From: Solirubrobacteraceae bacterium
GTDB taxonomy: Bacteria > Actinomycetota > Thermoleophilia > Solirubrobacterales > Solirubrobacteraceae
DNA: 64,000 bases
NCBI GenBank assembly: GCA_025934395.1
Contig: JAICYC010000002.1
Location: 8,420-72,419 of the forward strand
Reading direction: 5' to 3'
Shown here: positions 1 through 8,460 of the stretch, in pieces
Layout: the number at the start of each line of letters is the position of its first letter
Numbering within the stretch: position 1 is the stretch's first letter
Translations under genes and position numbers: made by a program
The notes under the pieces: model-generated
Database searches by the model: none
What the model saw: the letters and a program-made list of their open reading frames with translations, nothing else
Told to the model about the DNA's origin: nothing

Positions 1-135
1 GTGCAGCTGCTCGTCGCCGGTGATGTCGACCTCCTCGAGCTCGAAGCGCAGCTCCTCGCGCAGCTCGCCCAGCGCGGCGAGCGCATCGGCGCACAGATGG
101 CAGCCCGGCGCGGTGTACACCGTCACGACGCTCAC
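1..135 (-). CDS. glutaredoxin-like thioredoxin-fold protein (DUF836-like); first 45 codons only, continues past the window start
   Basis: Not in the ORF track because it is under 60 aa in this window. My minus-strand translation from GTG at 135 gives VSVVTVYTAPGCHLCADALAALGELREELRFELEEVDITGDEQLH. It has a CxxC (CHLC) after a beta-strand, typical of small glutaredoxin-like proteins. GTGA start/stop overlap with tsaD. Confidence 0.55.
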   Translation of the reverse strand, partial: MSVVTVYTAPGCHLCADALAALGELREELRFELEEVDITGDEQLH

Positions 136-1229
136 CGGGGCCGCTCGCCGGGCTGCCCCTGCTCGCCAGGCCGCCCCTGCTCGCCGGGCTGCCACCGCTC
201 ACCGGAGGCGTATGCGTCGAGCCCGAGGTACGCGGGGTGCGCGAGCGCGGGAGCGAACCGCGCCGCGCTCGCGATCATCGCGGCGTTGTCGGTGCAGAGC
301 GCGCGCTCCGGCACGTGCACCTCCGCGTCGAGCTCCTGCAGGCGCGCGCGCAGGACGCCGTTCGCCGCCACGCCGCCGCCCACCGCCAGGCGGCGCAGGC
401 CGGTGTGCTCCAGCGCGCGGCCGCACCGGTCCACGAGCGCGTCCACGATCGCCGCCTGGTAGGAGGCGGCGAGGTCGCTCGCCCGATCGGCCGCAGCCTG
501 CTCGCCGAGCTCGCGCATCTTGTACAGCAGCGCGGTCTTCAGCCCCGCGAAGCTGAAGTCGAGGCTCTCGAGGAAGCGCTGGCGCCCGGGGCCGCGGCCG
601 CGCGCCCGGTCCCCGCGCGAGCCGGGGAACACGAACGCGTCGCGGTCACCGTCGGCGGCGAGCCGTTCGAGCGCGAGCCCGCCCGGATAGCCGAGCCCGA
701 GCATCCGCGCGCCCTTGTCGAACGCCTCACCGGCAGCGTCGTCGAGCGTGCTCCCCAGCACCTCGTATCCGTGGTGCTCGCGCACCAGCGCCAGCAGCGT
801 GTGCCCACCGCTTGCGATCAGGCACACGAACGGCGGCTCGAAGGGCGCGGCGCTGCCGTCGGCTGCGCGCAGGACGTTCGCAGCGACGTGCCCCTGCAGG
901 TGATCCACAGCGGCGAACGGGAGCGCGCGCGCGGCGGCGAGCGACTTCCCGGTGGAGAGCCCCACCAGCAGCGCCCCCACGAGCCCCGGGCCCTGCGTTG
1001 CGGCGAGGAGGTCGATCGCCGACAGCTCGCAGCCCGCGCGCTCGAGCGCGCTGTCCACGACCACGTTCACCAGCTCCAGGTGGTGGCGCGAGGCGATCTC
1101 GGGGACCACGCCGCCGAAGCGATCGTGCGCCTCCTGCGAGGAGATCACGTTGGAGCGGATCGTGCCGTCGGCGTCGATCACCGCTGCGCACGTGTCGTCG
1201 CAGCTGGTCTCCAGCGCGAGGATCGCCAT
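132..1229 (-). CDS. tsaD: tRNA N6-adenosine threonylcarbamoyltransferase TsaD (Kae1/Gcp family)
   Basis: 365-aa ORF. N-terminus MAILALETSCDDT, His pair in AVDHLQGH, GGVAAN near the C-terminus. Last gene of a tsaE-tsaB-rimI-tsaD cluster. Atypical C-terminal tail GERWQPGEQGRPGEQGQPGERPR. Confidence 0.95.
   Translation of the reverse strand: MAILALETSCDDTCAAVIDADGTIRSNVISSQEAHDRFGGVVPEIASRHHLELVNVVVDSALERAGCELSAIDLLAATQGPGLVGALLVGLSTGKSLAAARALPFAAVDHLQGHVAANVLRAADGSAAPFEPPFVCLIASGGHTLLALVREHHGYEVLGSTLDDAAGEAFDKGARMLGLGYPGGLALERLAADGDRDAFVFPGSRGDRARGRGPGRQRFLESLDFSFAGLKTALLYKMRELGEQAAADRASDLAASYQAAIVDALVDRCGRALEHTGLRRLAVGGGVAANGVLRARLQELDAEVHVPERALCTDNAAMIASAARFAPALAHPAYLGLDAYASGERWQPGEQGRPGEQGQPGERPR
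143..205 (-). repeat. 18-bp in-frame tandem repeat (about 3.5 copies) encoding PGEQGx hexapeptides at the tsaD 3' end
   Basis: Plus-strand units are GCTCGCCGGGCTGCCCCT, GCTCGCCAGGCCGCCCCT, GCTCGCCGGGCTGCCACC and a partial GCTCACCGG. The period of 18 nt equals 6 codons. Confidence 0.8.
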
Positions 1230-1244
1230 CGCCGAGCGGCCCTC

Positions 1245-1772
1245 CTAGACGGGGCCGGGATCGGGGACGTCCGCGAGCGACCCTTCGAGCGTGGCGGGCG
1301 TGCGCCACATCACGAGCGCGTCCTCGCCGTTGTCCTGGTAGTAGCGCCGCCGCGTGCCCGCCGCACGGAACCCTTCACGCTCGTAGAGGTGGATCGCAAC
1401 GGCGTTGGAGCGGCGCACCTCCAGCGTGTAGCGCGCCGCTGGATCGTCCACGCGCGCGTACAGCTCGGCGAGCAGCGCGCTCGCGAGGCCGCGGCGCTGG
1501 TGGACGAGGTCCACGGCGACGTTCATCACGTGCCACACCGTGTCGTAGCGCGAGCAGATCAGGTAGCCGACGAGCCGGTCCTCGGACACGGCAGCAAGGC
1601 AGATGCCGGTCTGCTTGGACATCTCCAGCACGAACATCGCCAGCGACCACGGCGTGGGGAACACGCGGCGCTCGATCCCGATCACCTGCGGCAGGTCCGG
1701 GTAGCGCAGGCTGCGGATCTCGACCGCGTCGGGGTCGGGCTGCTCGGTCTCGATGATCGGTCTCTGGGCCAA
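1245..1772 (-). CDS. rimI: ribosomal-protein-alanine N-acetyltransferase RimI (GNAT)
   Basis: 175 aa. Contains IERRVFPTPWS and the acetyl-CoA motif VHQRRGLASALL. Lies between tsaB and tsaD. Confidence 0.85.
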   Translation of the reverse strand: MAQRPIIETEQPDPDAVEIRSLRYPDLPQVIGIERRVFPTPWSLAMFVLEMSKQTGICLAAVSEDRLVGYLICSRYDTVWHVMNVAVDLVHQRRGLASALLAELYARVDDPAARYTLEVRRSNAVAIHLYEREGFRAAGTRRRYYQDNGEDALVMWRTPATLEGSLADVPDPGPV

Positions 1773-1785
1773 CGCCGGATCGTCC

Positions 1786-2532
1786 TCAGGTGCCGCGCGG
1801 GGCGGTGCGCTCCAAGGCTAGCTCGGCGTCGGGCCGACGGCGATAGTCGGGGACGACCGTCGCGGCGGCGTCAGCGCCGACGCCGAGGCGGCAGACGGCT
1901 GCGGCGGTGACCCGGTGCAGCTGGTCATCGTCGCCGGGCACCCGCACGCCAGTGGCCTCCACGTGGGAGCGGTAGCGCACGGCGCCGTCGCCCACGGCGA
2001 CCCACCCCTCCCCCGCCGCGCCGCCCTCGCCGCGCGGGGAGCCAGGAGAGCCGGGCAGGGCGCAGCGGCTCAGCACCTCGCGCAGCCGCTCCGGTGCGAC
2101 GGCGGCGGGAGGCGCGAGCTCGACCGGCCCGCCACCCCCTGCGCCGAACGCGGCCGCGAACACCTCTCCGCGGCGCGCGTCGATCACGGCGAGCACGCGC
2201 CCGCTCGCGAGCGCAGGCTCCGCGAGCGCGACGAGGCTGCCCACCCCGACGAGCCCCAGGTCGCGCGACTGCGCGAGCGCGCGGGCGGTGGCGACCCCCA
2301 CGCGAAGGCCCGTGAACGTGCCGGGGCCGACCCCCACCGCGATCCGGCGCAGCTCCGGCCACCCGAGTCCGGCGTCCGCGAGCAGCGACTCCGCCAGCGC
2401 GAGCAGGCGGGTGGCGTGCCCGGGATGCGCACCCGCGGGCGGGTCATCGCGCGCTTCGCTCACGGCGCCGCCGGGGAGCAGCAGCGCGACCGAGGTGCCA
2501 CTCGTCGAGGTGTCGATGCCGAGCACCGTCAC
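1786..2532 (-). CDS. tsaB: tRNA threonylcarbamoyladenosine biosynthesis protein TsaB (YeaZ)
   Basis: 248 aa. N-terminus MTVLGIDTSTSGTSVAL and GPGTFTGLRVG motif. GTGA overlap with the tsaE stop. Confidence 0.9.
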   Translation of the reverse strand: MTVLGIDTSTSGTSVALLLPGGAVSEARDDPPAGAHPGHATRLLALAESLLADAGLGWPELRRIAVGVGPGTFTGLRVGVATARALAQSRDLGLVGVGSLVALAEPALASGRVLAVIDARRGEVFAAAFGAGGGGPVELAPPAAVAPERLREVLSRCALPGSPGSPRGEGGAAGEGWVAVGDGAVRYRSHVEATGVRVPGDDDQLHRVTAAAVCRLGVGADAAATVVPDYRRRPDAELALERTAPRGT

Positions 2533-2990
2533 CCTTTCTTCTCCTCATCGAGGTCGTCGTCGGGAGTGAGGTGCTCGACGCGGACGGTCCGGCGGTCGCC
2601 GCCGGCGTGCTCGAGCGTCACGGCGATCCGCGCGCCGGCCAGCTCGGCCTCGCCGTCGGGCGGCCACTCCACGAACGCGATGCGGCCCGGCCCGAGGTAG
2701 TCGGCGAGCAGGTCGGGCTCCTCGCCGTCGAGGGCCCCGAGGCGGTAGAGGTCGAGGTGCGAGACGAGCGGCCCCGTGCCGCGGTAGCGGTTGCCGATCG
2801 CGAACGTGGGGCTGGTGACGGGGTCGCTCACGCCGAGCGCCCTCGCTGCGCCGCGCACGAGCGTGGTCTTGCCCGCGCCGAGCTCGCCGCGCACGAGCAC
2901 CACGTCGCCGTCGCGCAGTCCCTCCGCGAGGCTCGCGCCGAGCGCTTCGGTCTCCTCGGGGCCGGCGGTGTCGATGCTGCGTGCTGGCAC
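2529..2990 (-). CDS. tsaE: tRNA threonylcarbamoyladenosine biosynthesis ATPase TsaE (YjeE)
   Basis: 153 aa. P-loop GELGAGKTTLVRG, SPTFA, LYRL. GTG start. Confidence 0.9.
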   Translation of the reverse strand: MPARSIDTAGPEETEALGASLAEGLRDGDVVLVRGELGAGKTTLVRGAARALGVSDPVTSPTFAIGNRYRGTGPLVSHLDLYRLGALDGEEPDLLADYLGPGRIAFVEWPPDGEAELAGARIAVTLEHAGGDRRTVRVEHLTPDDDLDEEKKG

Positions 2991-2996
2991 GCCGTG

Positions 2997-3002
2997 AATC
3001 TA
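2997..3002 (-). promoter_or_regulatory. candidate -10 hexamer TAGATT, 6 nt upstream of the tsaE GTG (possible leaderless transcript)
   Basis: Minus strand reads TAGATT-CACGGC-GTG. No Shine-Dalgarno sequence between them. No convincing -35. Confidence 0.35.
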
Positions 3003-3078
3003 GAGCGTCGCGCGGGTCTCGGCCCGTGGGTGTGAGCGGCGTCCCCCGCATCCCCGTCAACGCGTCCCGGAGCAGGGC

Positions 3079-3122
3079 AAAAAAATGACCGGCCCGCGGG
3101 AGAATGGGGGCGCGGGCCGGTC
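3079..3122 (-). terminator. intrinsic terminator: 12-bp perfect stem plus T-tract
   Basis: Stem GACCGGCCCGCG / CGCGGGCCGGTC (3087-3098 and 3111-3122) with a 12-nt loop. On the minus strand it is followed by ATTTTTTTG (3079-3086). It lies about 145 nt downstream of the udg stop and upstream of tsaE. Confidence 0.75.
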
Positions 3123-3264
3123 GGTTACTCCTGGAGGGATGGAGACAGGTTCTGCATCGGCCATTCGGGCCGCAGACTTTAGAACCTGGTCACAATTTTT
3201 CGACGCGCTCCCAGAAACCCCTTCTTTGCAGGGAAATCCTGTGCAGACGCGGGTGGACGTTCGT

Positions 3265-3996
3265 CTAGAACAGGCCGAGCTGATCGGCCTCGGCGACCGC
3301 CGCGGCGGCTGCCTCCCCCGGCTCGGGCGCGCGCGCGGCGATCTCCGGCTCCGGCTCGGCAAGCATCTCCAGCGGCTCCGGCTGGGGCGGCGCGCCGAGC
3401 GTGAGCAGCTCCGGGATCCGGCTGAAGTCCTCGCGCAGCGTCTCGAGCATCCGCGGCGTGTAGAGCGCAGCGGCCGGATGGAAGATCGGATACAGCCGCA
3501 CCGCGCGGTGCCCGAGCAGGATCACCTCCGGACGGCCGTGCAGGCGCGTGATCCCCGTGGGGTCCTCGCGCAGTAGCTTCGTGGAGAAGTTGCCGAGCGT
3601 GCAGATCACCGTGGGCTGGATCAGCTCCACCTGACGCAGCAGGTAGCCCTTGCAGTTCTCGATCTCGATCGGCTGGGGATCGCGGTTGCCGGGGGGGCGG
3701 CACTTGAGCGTGTTCGCGATGAACACGTCCGTCCTCTGGAGTCCGATCTCGCCGAGCAGCGTCTCGAGCAGCTTCCCGGCCCTGCCCACGAACGGCACGC
3801 CCTGCTCGTCCTCGCTCGCGCCGGGCGCCTCGCCGATGAACATCAGGTCCGCGTCGGCGTTGCCCGCCCCGAACACCACGGTCCTGCGCGTGGCGGCGAG
3901 CTCGGCGCAGCGCACGCATGCCTGCGCCTCGCGGAACAGCCCCTTCAGGGCCTCGCGCCGCTCGCTCGCTGAGGTGTCGGTGGCTCCGGACGCCAT
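3265..3996 (-). CDS. udg: uracil-DNA glycosylase, family 4 (Fe-S type)
   Basis: The real protein is the C-terminal 243 aa of the 739-aa track ORF, starting at MASGATDTS (ATG at 3994-3996). Motifs [27 protein letters not shown] and HPAA. The upstream part of the track ORF is antisense to the carboxylase gene. Confidence 0.9.
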   Translation of the reverse strand: MASGATDTSASERREALKGLFREAQACVRCAELAATRRTVVFGAGNADADLMFIGEAPGASEDEQGVPFVGRAGKLLETLLGEIGLQRTDVFIANTLKCRPPGNRDPQPIEIENCKGYLLRQVELIQPTVICTLGNFSTKLLREDPTGITRLHGRPEVILLGHRAVRLYPIFHPAAALYTPRMLETLREDFSRIPELLTLGAPPQPEPLEMLAEPEPEIAARAPEPGEAAAAAVAEADQLGLF

Positions 3997-4086
3997 GCGG
4001 CTGATGCTACGGCCTGCGGGCGAGACCCAAACGCGAGCGACCGCAGGCGACGCTCGCAAAATGCGCGCATCGGCGATGATCTCGCG

Positions 4087-5907
4087 ATGGCCGCTCCGCC
4101 CGAGCTCGACGTGACCGCGCCGTTCGCGGGTGTGGTCGTGGCGATTCCCCACACCAGCGAGGAGCACGTCGGCGAGGGCGCGCCCGTGGTGGTGCTCGAG
4201 GCGATGAAGATGGAGCACGAGGTGGTTGCGCAGGAAGCGGGCGTGGTGGGTCGTCTCGCGGTCTCGATAGGAGATGAAGTGGAGGAGGGGCAGCTGCTGC
4301 TCACGCTTCTCCCCGGCGGCGAGCGGGCCCGCACCTCCGTGCAGCGTGGCGACGAGCACGATCAGGGCGAGCGTGCCGACCTCGCCGCGGTGATCGAGCG
4401 CCACGCGGTCGGGCTCGACGCGGCGCGCCCCGACGCGGTGGCGCGGCGGCGCGAGCGCGGCAGGCGGACCGCGCGCGAGAACCTCGCGGAGCTGCTCGAC
4501 GAGGGCAGCTTCGTCGAGTACGGGCCGCTGCTGATCGCCGCCCAGGAGCAGCGGCGCTCGCGCGAGGAGCTGATCGCGCGCACGCCCGCCGACGGGCTCG
4601 TGGGCGGCGTCGGCGAGATCGAGGGGCGCAGGTGCGTGGCGATGTCCTACGACTACACGGTGCTCGCGGGCACGCAGGGGATGCGCAACCACAACAAGAA
4701 GGACCGTCTGTTCGAGCTCGCCGAGCACCGCCGCCTGCCCGTGGTGCTGTTCGCGGAGGGCGGCGGGGGCCGGCCCGGCGACGTCGACATGCCGATCGTC
4801 GCCGGGCTCGACTGCCGCGCTTTCGAGTTCTTCGCGGGCCTGTCGGGACTGGTGCCGCTGGTGGGGATCGCCTCGGGCTACTGCTTCGCGGGCAACGCCG
4901 CGCTGCTCGGCTGCTGCGACGTGGTGATCGCCAGCGAGGACGCCTCGATCGGGATGGGCGGCCCCGCGATGATCGAGGGCGGCGGGCTGGGGGTGTTCGC
5001 GCCCGAGGACGTCGGGCCGATCGAGATACAGGACGCCAACGGCGTGGTGGACGTCCGCGTGGCCGACGACCACGAGGCGGTCGCCGCCGCCAAGCGCTAC
5101 CTCTCCTACTTCATCGGGCCGCACGAGGCGCGCCCGGCGGGCGAGAAGGAGCGCCTGCGCACCCTGATCCCCGAAGCGCGCAAGCGCGTGTACGAGATCC
5201 GCCCGATCGTGCACGCCCTGTTCGACGAGGGCTCGGTGATGGAGCTCCGCGCAGGCTTCGCCGCGGGGATGCTCACCGCGCTCGCCCGTCTCGACGGCAG
5301 GCCGCTGGGCGTGATCGCCAACGACCCCACCCACCTCGGCGGCGCGATCGACGCGGACGGCGCCGACAAGGCTGCGCGCTTCATGCAGCTGTGCGATGCG
5401 TTCGCGCTCCCGGTGCTGTTCCTGTGCGACACGCCCGGCTTCATGGTGGGCCCCACCTCCGAGCGCACCGCCACCGTGCGCCACTTCGCGCGGATGTTCG
5501 TCACGGGCGCGAGCCTGTCCGTGCCCACGGGCACGATCGTCCTGCGCAAGGGCTACGGGCTCGGCGCCCAGGCGATGGCGGGCGGCGGCTTCCGCGCGCC
5601 GCAGTTCACGATCGCGTGGCCCACCGGCGAGTTCGGCGGGATGGGCCTGGAGGGCGCCGTGCGGCTGGGAATGCGCCGCGAGCTCGACGCCGTTTCGGAC
5701 GAGGCGGAGCGCGAGGAGCTGTTCGAGCGGATGGTCGCGCTCGCCTACGAGCGCGGGCGCGGAATGAACATGGCCGCCTACGGCGAGATCGACGACGTGA
5801 TCGACCCCGCCGACTCGCGGCGGTGGATCGCAACGCTGTTCGACGGGAGCGAGGGCGACTGGCGCGCGAGCCCGGGCAAGCGGCGGCCGATGGTGGACGC
5901 GTGGTGA
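4087..5907 (+). CDS. biotinyl-domain / carboxyltransferase fusion protein (acyl-CoA carboxylase beta-like)
   Basis: 606 aa. The N-terminal ~75 aa form a biotinyl-lipoyl domain with the EAMKMEHEV biotinylation motif. The rest aligns by eye with AccD/PccB-type carboxyltransferases (GGARMQEG-like region [11 protein letters not shown]; two crotonase-like halves). Confidence 0.8.
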   Translation: MAAPPELDVTAPFAGVVVAIPHTSEEHVGEGAPVVVLEAMKMEHEVVAQEAGVVGRLAVSIGDEVEEGQLLLTLLPGGERARTSVQRGDEHDQGERADLAAVIERHAVGLDAARPDAVARRRERGRRTARENLAELLDEGSFVEYGPLLIAAQEQRRSREELIARTPADGLVGGVGEIEGRRCVAMSYDYTVLAGTQGMRNHNKKDRLFELAEHRRLPVVLFAEGGGGRPGDVDMPIVAGLDCRAFEFFAGLSGLVPLVGIASGYCFAGNAALLGCCDVVIASEDASIGMGGPAMIEGGGLGVFAPEDVGPIEIQDANGVVDVRVADDHEAVAAAKRYLSYFIGPHEARPAGEKERLRTLIPEARKRVYEIRPIVHALFDEGSVMELRAGFAAGMLTALARLDGRPLGVIANDPTHLGGAIDADGADKAARFMQLCDAFALPVLFLCDTPGFMVGPTSERTATVRHFARMFVTGASLSVPTGTIVLRKGYGLGAQAMAGGGFRAPQFTIAWPTGEFGGMGLEGAVRLGMRRELDAVSDEAEREELFERMVALAYERGRGMNMAAYGEIDDVIDPADSRRWIATLFDGSEGDWRASPGKRRPMVDAW

Positions 5908-6095
5908 GCCGCCCTTCCTGACCCCCCGATCGTCCCAACTGCAGCGGGGCGACGGCCAGGCCCTTCCCTACACGCTGGGCCGTATGTATCATCGGTTCCA
6001 GGCCGTCACCGAGCCCGGCTCGGGATGGACCGCAGAGCCGCGTTGACGTGCATCTGAGGTCGCGCCGGTATCCGAAGGGAACTGGACCGAATCCG

Positions 6096-7055
6096 ATGGA
6101 GCAACCAACTCCCCGACGCCCGCAGGGCCTTGCGGTCGTGCGCTCGGTCGCCGAGCTGCGCAAGCGCGTCGCGGATGCCCGGGCGGCCGATCTGGACGTG
6201 GGCCTCGTCCCGACGATGGGCGCGCTCCACGAGGGCCACCTGTCGCTGATCCGCCGTGCCCGCGAGCGCTCGGGCCTGGTGGTGGTGAGCCTGTTCGTGA
6301 ACCCGTCGCAGTTCAACGAGAGCGCCGACCTCGAGCGCTACCCGCGCGACGAGCGCCGCGACGCGGAGCTGGCCGAGGCGGCCGGGGCGGACATCCTGTT
6401 CGCGCCGAGCGTCGCGGAGGTCTACCCGCACGGCTACGCCACGAGCGTGGAGGTCGACGGGCCGCTCACCTCGCGCCTGGAGGGCGCCTCGCGCGGTGCT
6501 GCACACTTCCGCGGCGTCACCACCGTGGTCGCGAAGCTGCTCGGGATGGTCGCACCCGACGTGGCGTACTTCGGACAGAAGGACGCACAGCAGGTGCTGG
6601 TGGTGCGGCGGATGGTCTCCGACCTGAACCTCCCCGTGCGGATCGAGGCGCTCCCGACCGTGCGCGAGCGCGACGGCCTCGCCCTGTCGAGCCGCAACGC
6701 GCTGCTGTCGGCCGATGAGCGCAAGCGCGCGCTGGGCCTCTCGGCTGCGCTGGCCGTAGCGCGCGAGCGCGCCGGATCGGGCGAGCGCTCGGCGGGCGCG
6801 ATCCTCGCCGCCGCGCGCGCGACGCTGGCAGAGGCGGGCTTGGAGCCCGAGTACTGCGAGCTGGTGGACCCCGACACGCTCGAGCCCGTGGAGGCGCTCG
6901 ACCACGACGCGCTGCTCGCGCTGGCCGCGCGGGTGGGCGCGGTGCGGCTGATCGACAACGCAATCCTGCGGCCCGCGCTCGTTCCTGCCGGACACGGCGA
7001 GCGGGGACGCTCCGAACAGCTTCCCGAGGGGGTGGCGACCACATGCAGCGGGTGA
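6096..7055 (+). CDS. panC: pantoate--beta-alanine ligase
   Basis: Contains [14 protein letters not shown] and FVNPSQF. Start chosen at ATG 6096 (MEQPT); an alternative GTG at 6048 exists. The 3' end overlaps the panD start. Confidence 0.9.
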   Translation: MEQPTPRRPQGLAVVRSVAELRKRVADARAADLDVGLVPTMGALHEGHLSLIRRARERSGLVVVSLFVNPSQFNESADLERYPRDERRDAELAEAAGADILFAPSVAEVYPHGYATSVEVDGPLTSRLEGASRGAAHFRGVTTVVAKLLGMVAPDVAYFGQKDAQQVLVVRRMVSDLNLPVRIEALPTVRERDGLALSSRNALLSADERKRALGLSAALAVARERAGSGERSAGAILAAARATLAEAGLEPEYCELVDPDTLEPVEALDHDALLALAARVGAVRLIDNAILRPALVPAGHGERGRSEQLPEGVATTCSG

Positions 7056-7426
7056 TGCTCAAGTCGAAGATCCACCGGGCGACGGTGACCGACTCGGACC
7101 TGCACTACGTGGGATCGATCACGATCGACCCCGACCTGCTCGAGGCGGCTGACATCCTCGAGCACGAGCAGGTGCACGTGGTGGACGTGGACAACGGTGC
7201 CCGCTTCGAGACGTACACGATCGCGGGCGAGCGCGGCTCGGGCGCGATGTGCGTCAACGGCGCAGCCGCGCGGCTCGTCCATCGCGGCGACACGATCATC
7301 GTCATCTCCTACGGCACCTACGACGAGGCCGACCTCGAGCGCTACGAGCCGCGCGTGGTCCACGTCGAGGCCCACACCAACCGCATCATCACGATCGACG
7401 ACGAGGTGGCGACCCTGCTCACGTAG
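7043..7426 (+). CDS. panD: aspartate 1-decarboxylase (pyruvoyl-dependent)
   Basis: 127 aa. [12 protein letters not shown] and the self-cleavage site YVGSITID. Confidence 0.95.
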   Translation: MQRVMLKSKIHRATVTDSDLHYVGSITIDPDLLEAADILEHEQVHVVDVDNGARFETYTIAGERGSGAMCVNGAAARLVHRGDTIIVISYGTYDEADLERYEPRVVHVEAHTNRIITIDDEVATLLT

Positions 7427-7459
7427 GGCGTCAACCGCGCTCAGAGAGGAGACAGTCAC

Positions 7460-8362
7460 ATGTCCAGCCATCCCACTGTGCACGCGCCGGCGGACCCGGG
7501 CCGCCTTCCCACGACGCTCCCGGGGCTGATCGAGAAGAAGCGGCTCGGCGACCCGATCGTGATGGTGACCGCCTACGACTACCCGAGCGCACGCGCTGCG
7601 GAGGCTGCCGGCGTGGACCTCGTGCTCGTGGGCGACTCCGCTGCGACCACGATGCTCGGCTACAACGCGACCACGCCCGTGGACCTCGACGACATGCTCG
7701 TGCTCGCGCGCGCGGTGCGCCGCGGCCTGTCGTGTCCGCTGATGATCGGCGACCTGCCGTTCGGCTCCTACGAGGTCTCCGACGAGCAGGCGATCACCAC
7801 CGCGCTGAGGATGGTCAAGGAGGCCGGCGCAGAGGCGGTCAAGCTCGAGGGCGGCAACGACGCGTCCGTGCGCCGCGCGCGTGCGATCGCCGGCGCGGGC
7901 ATCCCGGTGATGGGTCACGTGGGCCTCACGCCGCAGACGAGCACCGCGCTCGGCGGCTGGAAGGCCCAGGGCCGCACCGCGGCGGCGGCGTCGCGCATCG
8001 GCAGCGAGGCGCTGGCCCTGCAGGACGCGGGCGTGTTCGCGATCGTGTTCGAGGCGATCCCCGCAGCGGTCACCGAGGAGCTGATGCCGCTGATCGACGT
8101 GCCCGTGATCGGGATCGGCGCGGGCGCCGCGACCGACGGGCAGGTGCTCGTGTTCCATGACCTGCTCGGCATCCGCGACGGCCTCGGGCCGCGGTTCGTC
8201 AAGCGCTACGCCAACATCCAGCAGGAGATGAACGACGGCGTGCGCGCGTTCGCCGAGGACGTACGCACGCGCCGCTACCCCGGTCCCGAGCACTGCTACT
8301 CGGTCGACCCGGGAGAGCTCGCAGAGCTGCAGGGGCAGCTCGCGGGCCGCAGCGCGAGCTGA
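7460..8362 (+). CDS. panB: 3-methyl-2-oxobutanoate hydroxymethyltransferase
   Basis: 300 aa. MVTAYDYPSA, LVGDSAATTMLGY, KLEGG. Confidence 0.95.
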   Translation: MSSHPTVHAPADPGRLPTTLPGLIEKKRLGDPIVMVTAYDYPSARAAEAAGVDLVLVGDSAATTMLGYNATTPVDLDDMLVLARAVRRGLSCPLMIGDLPFGSYEVSDEQAITTALRMVKEAGAEAVKLEGGNDASVRRARAIAGAGIPVMGHVGLTPQTSTALGGWKAQGRTAAAASRIGSEALALQDAGVFAIVFEAIPAAVTEELMPLIDVPVIGIGAGAATDGQVLVFHDLLGIRDGLGPRFVKRYANIQQEMNDGVRAFAEDVRTRRYPGPEHCYSVDPGELAELQGQLAGRSAS

Positions 8363-8460
8363 GCGTTTCGGGAGCGTCCGCGCGGGGTATCCGGGGCGAG
8401 GCGCTTCCGCCGCATGCGAGCGCTTCCCCCGTCGTCAATCTCGAGGAGTGCTCAAACACG

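Noticed and set aside
237-1910. 557-aa plus-strand ORF across tsaD/rimI, and similar long ORFs (6434-8293 minus, 20209-22176 minus, 30285-32333 minus, 34037-36274 plus, 57739-59853 plus, 60275-62323 plus)
   Set aside because: All of them overlap strongly supported genes on the other strand or in another frame, and they translate to R/A/P/G-rich sequences without recognisable domains.
3123-3264. Possible SRP RNA, 6S RNA or riboswitch between udg and the terminator
   Set aside because: I could not find the SRP domain IV GGAA/AGCA motifs, a 6S-type central bubble architecture or any riboswitch core I know. It is kept only as an unexplained structured segment in the findings, not called as an RNA gene.
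3997-5484. N-terminal ~500 aa of the 739-aa track ORF that ends as udg
   Set aside because: This part is antisense to the well-supported biotinyl/carboxyltransferase gene and has artefact composition. The family-4 UDG domain starts at MASGATDTS (3996), giving a normal 243-aa protein.
6010-6024. Short hairpin CCGAGC-CCG-GCTCGG after the carboxylase gene, considered as a terminator
   Set aside because: It has only a 6-bp stem, a 3-nt loop and no T-tract. That is too weak to call.
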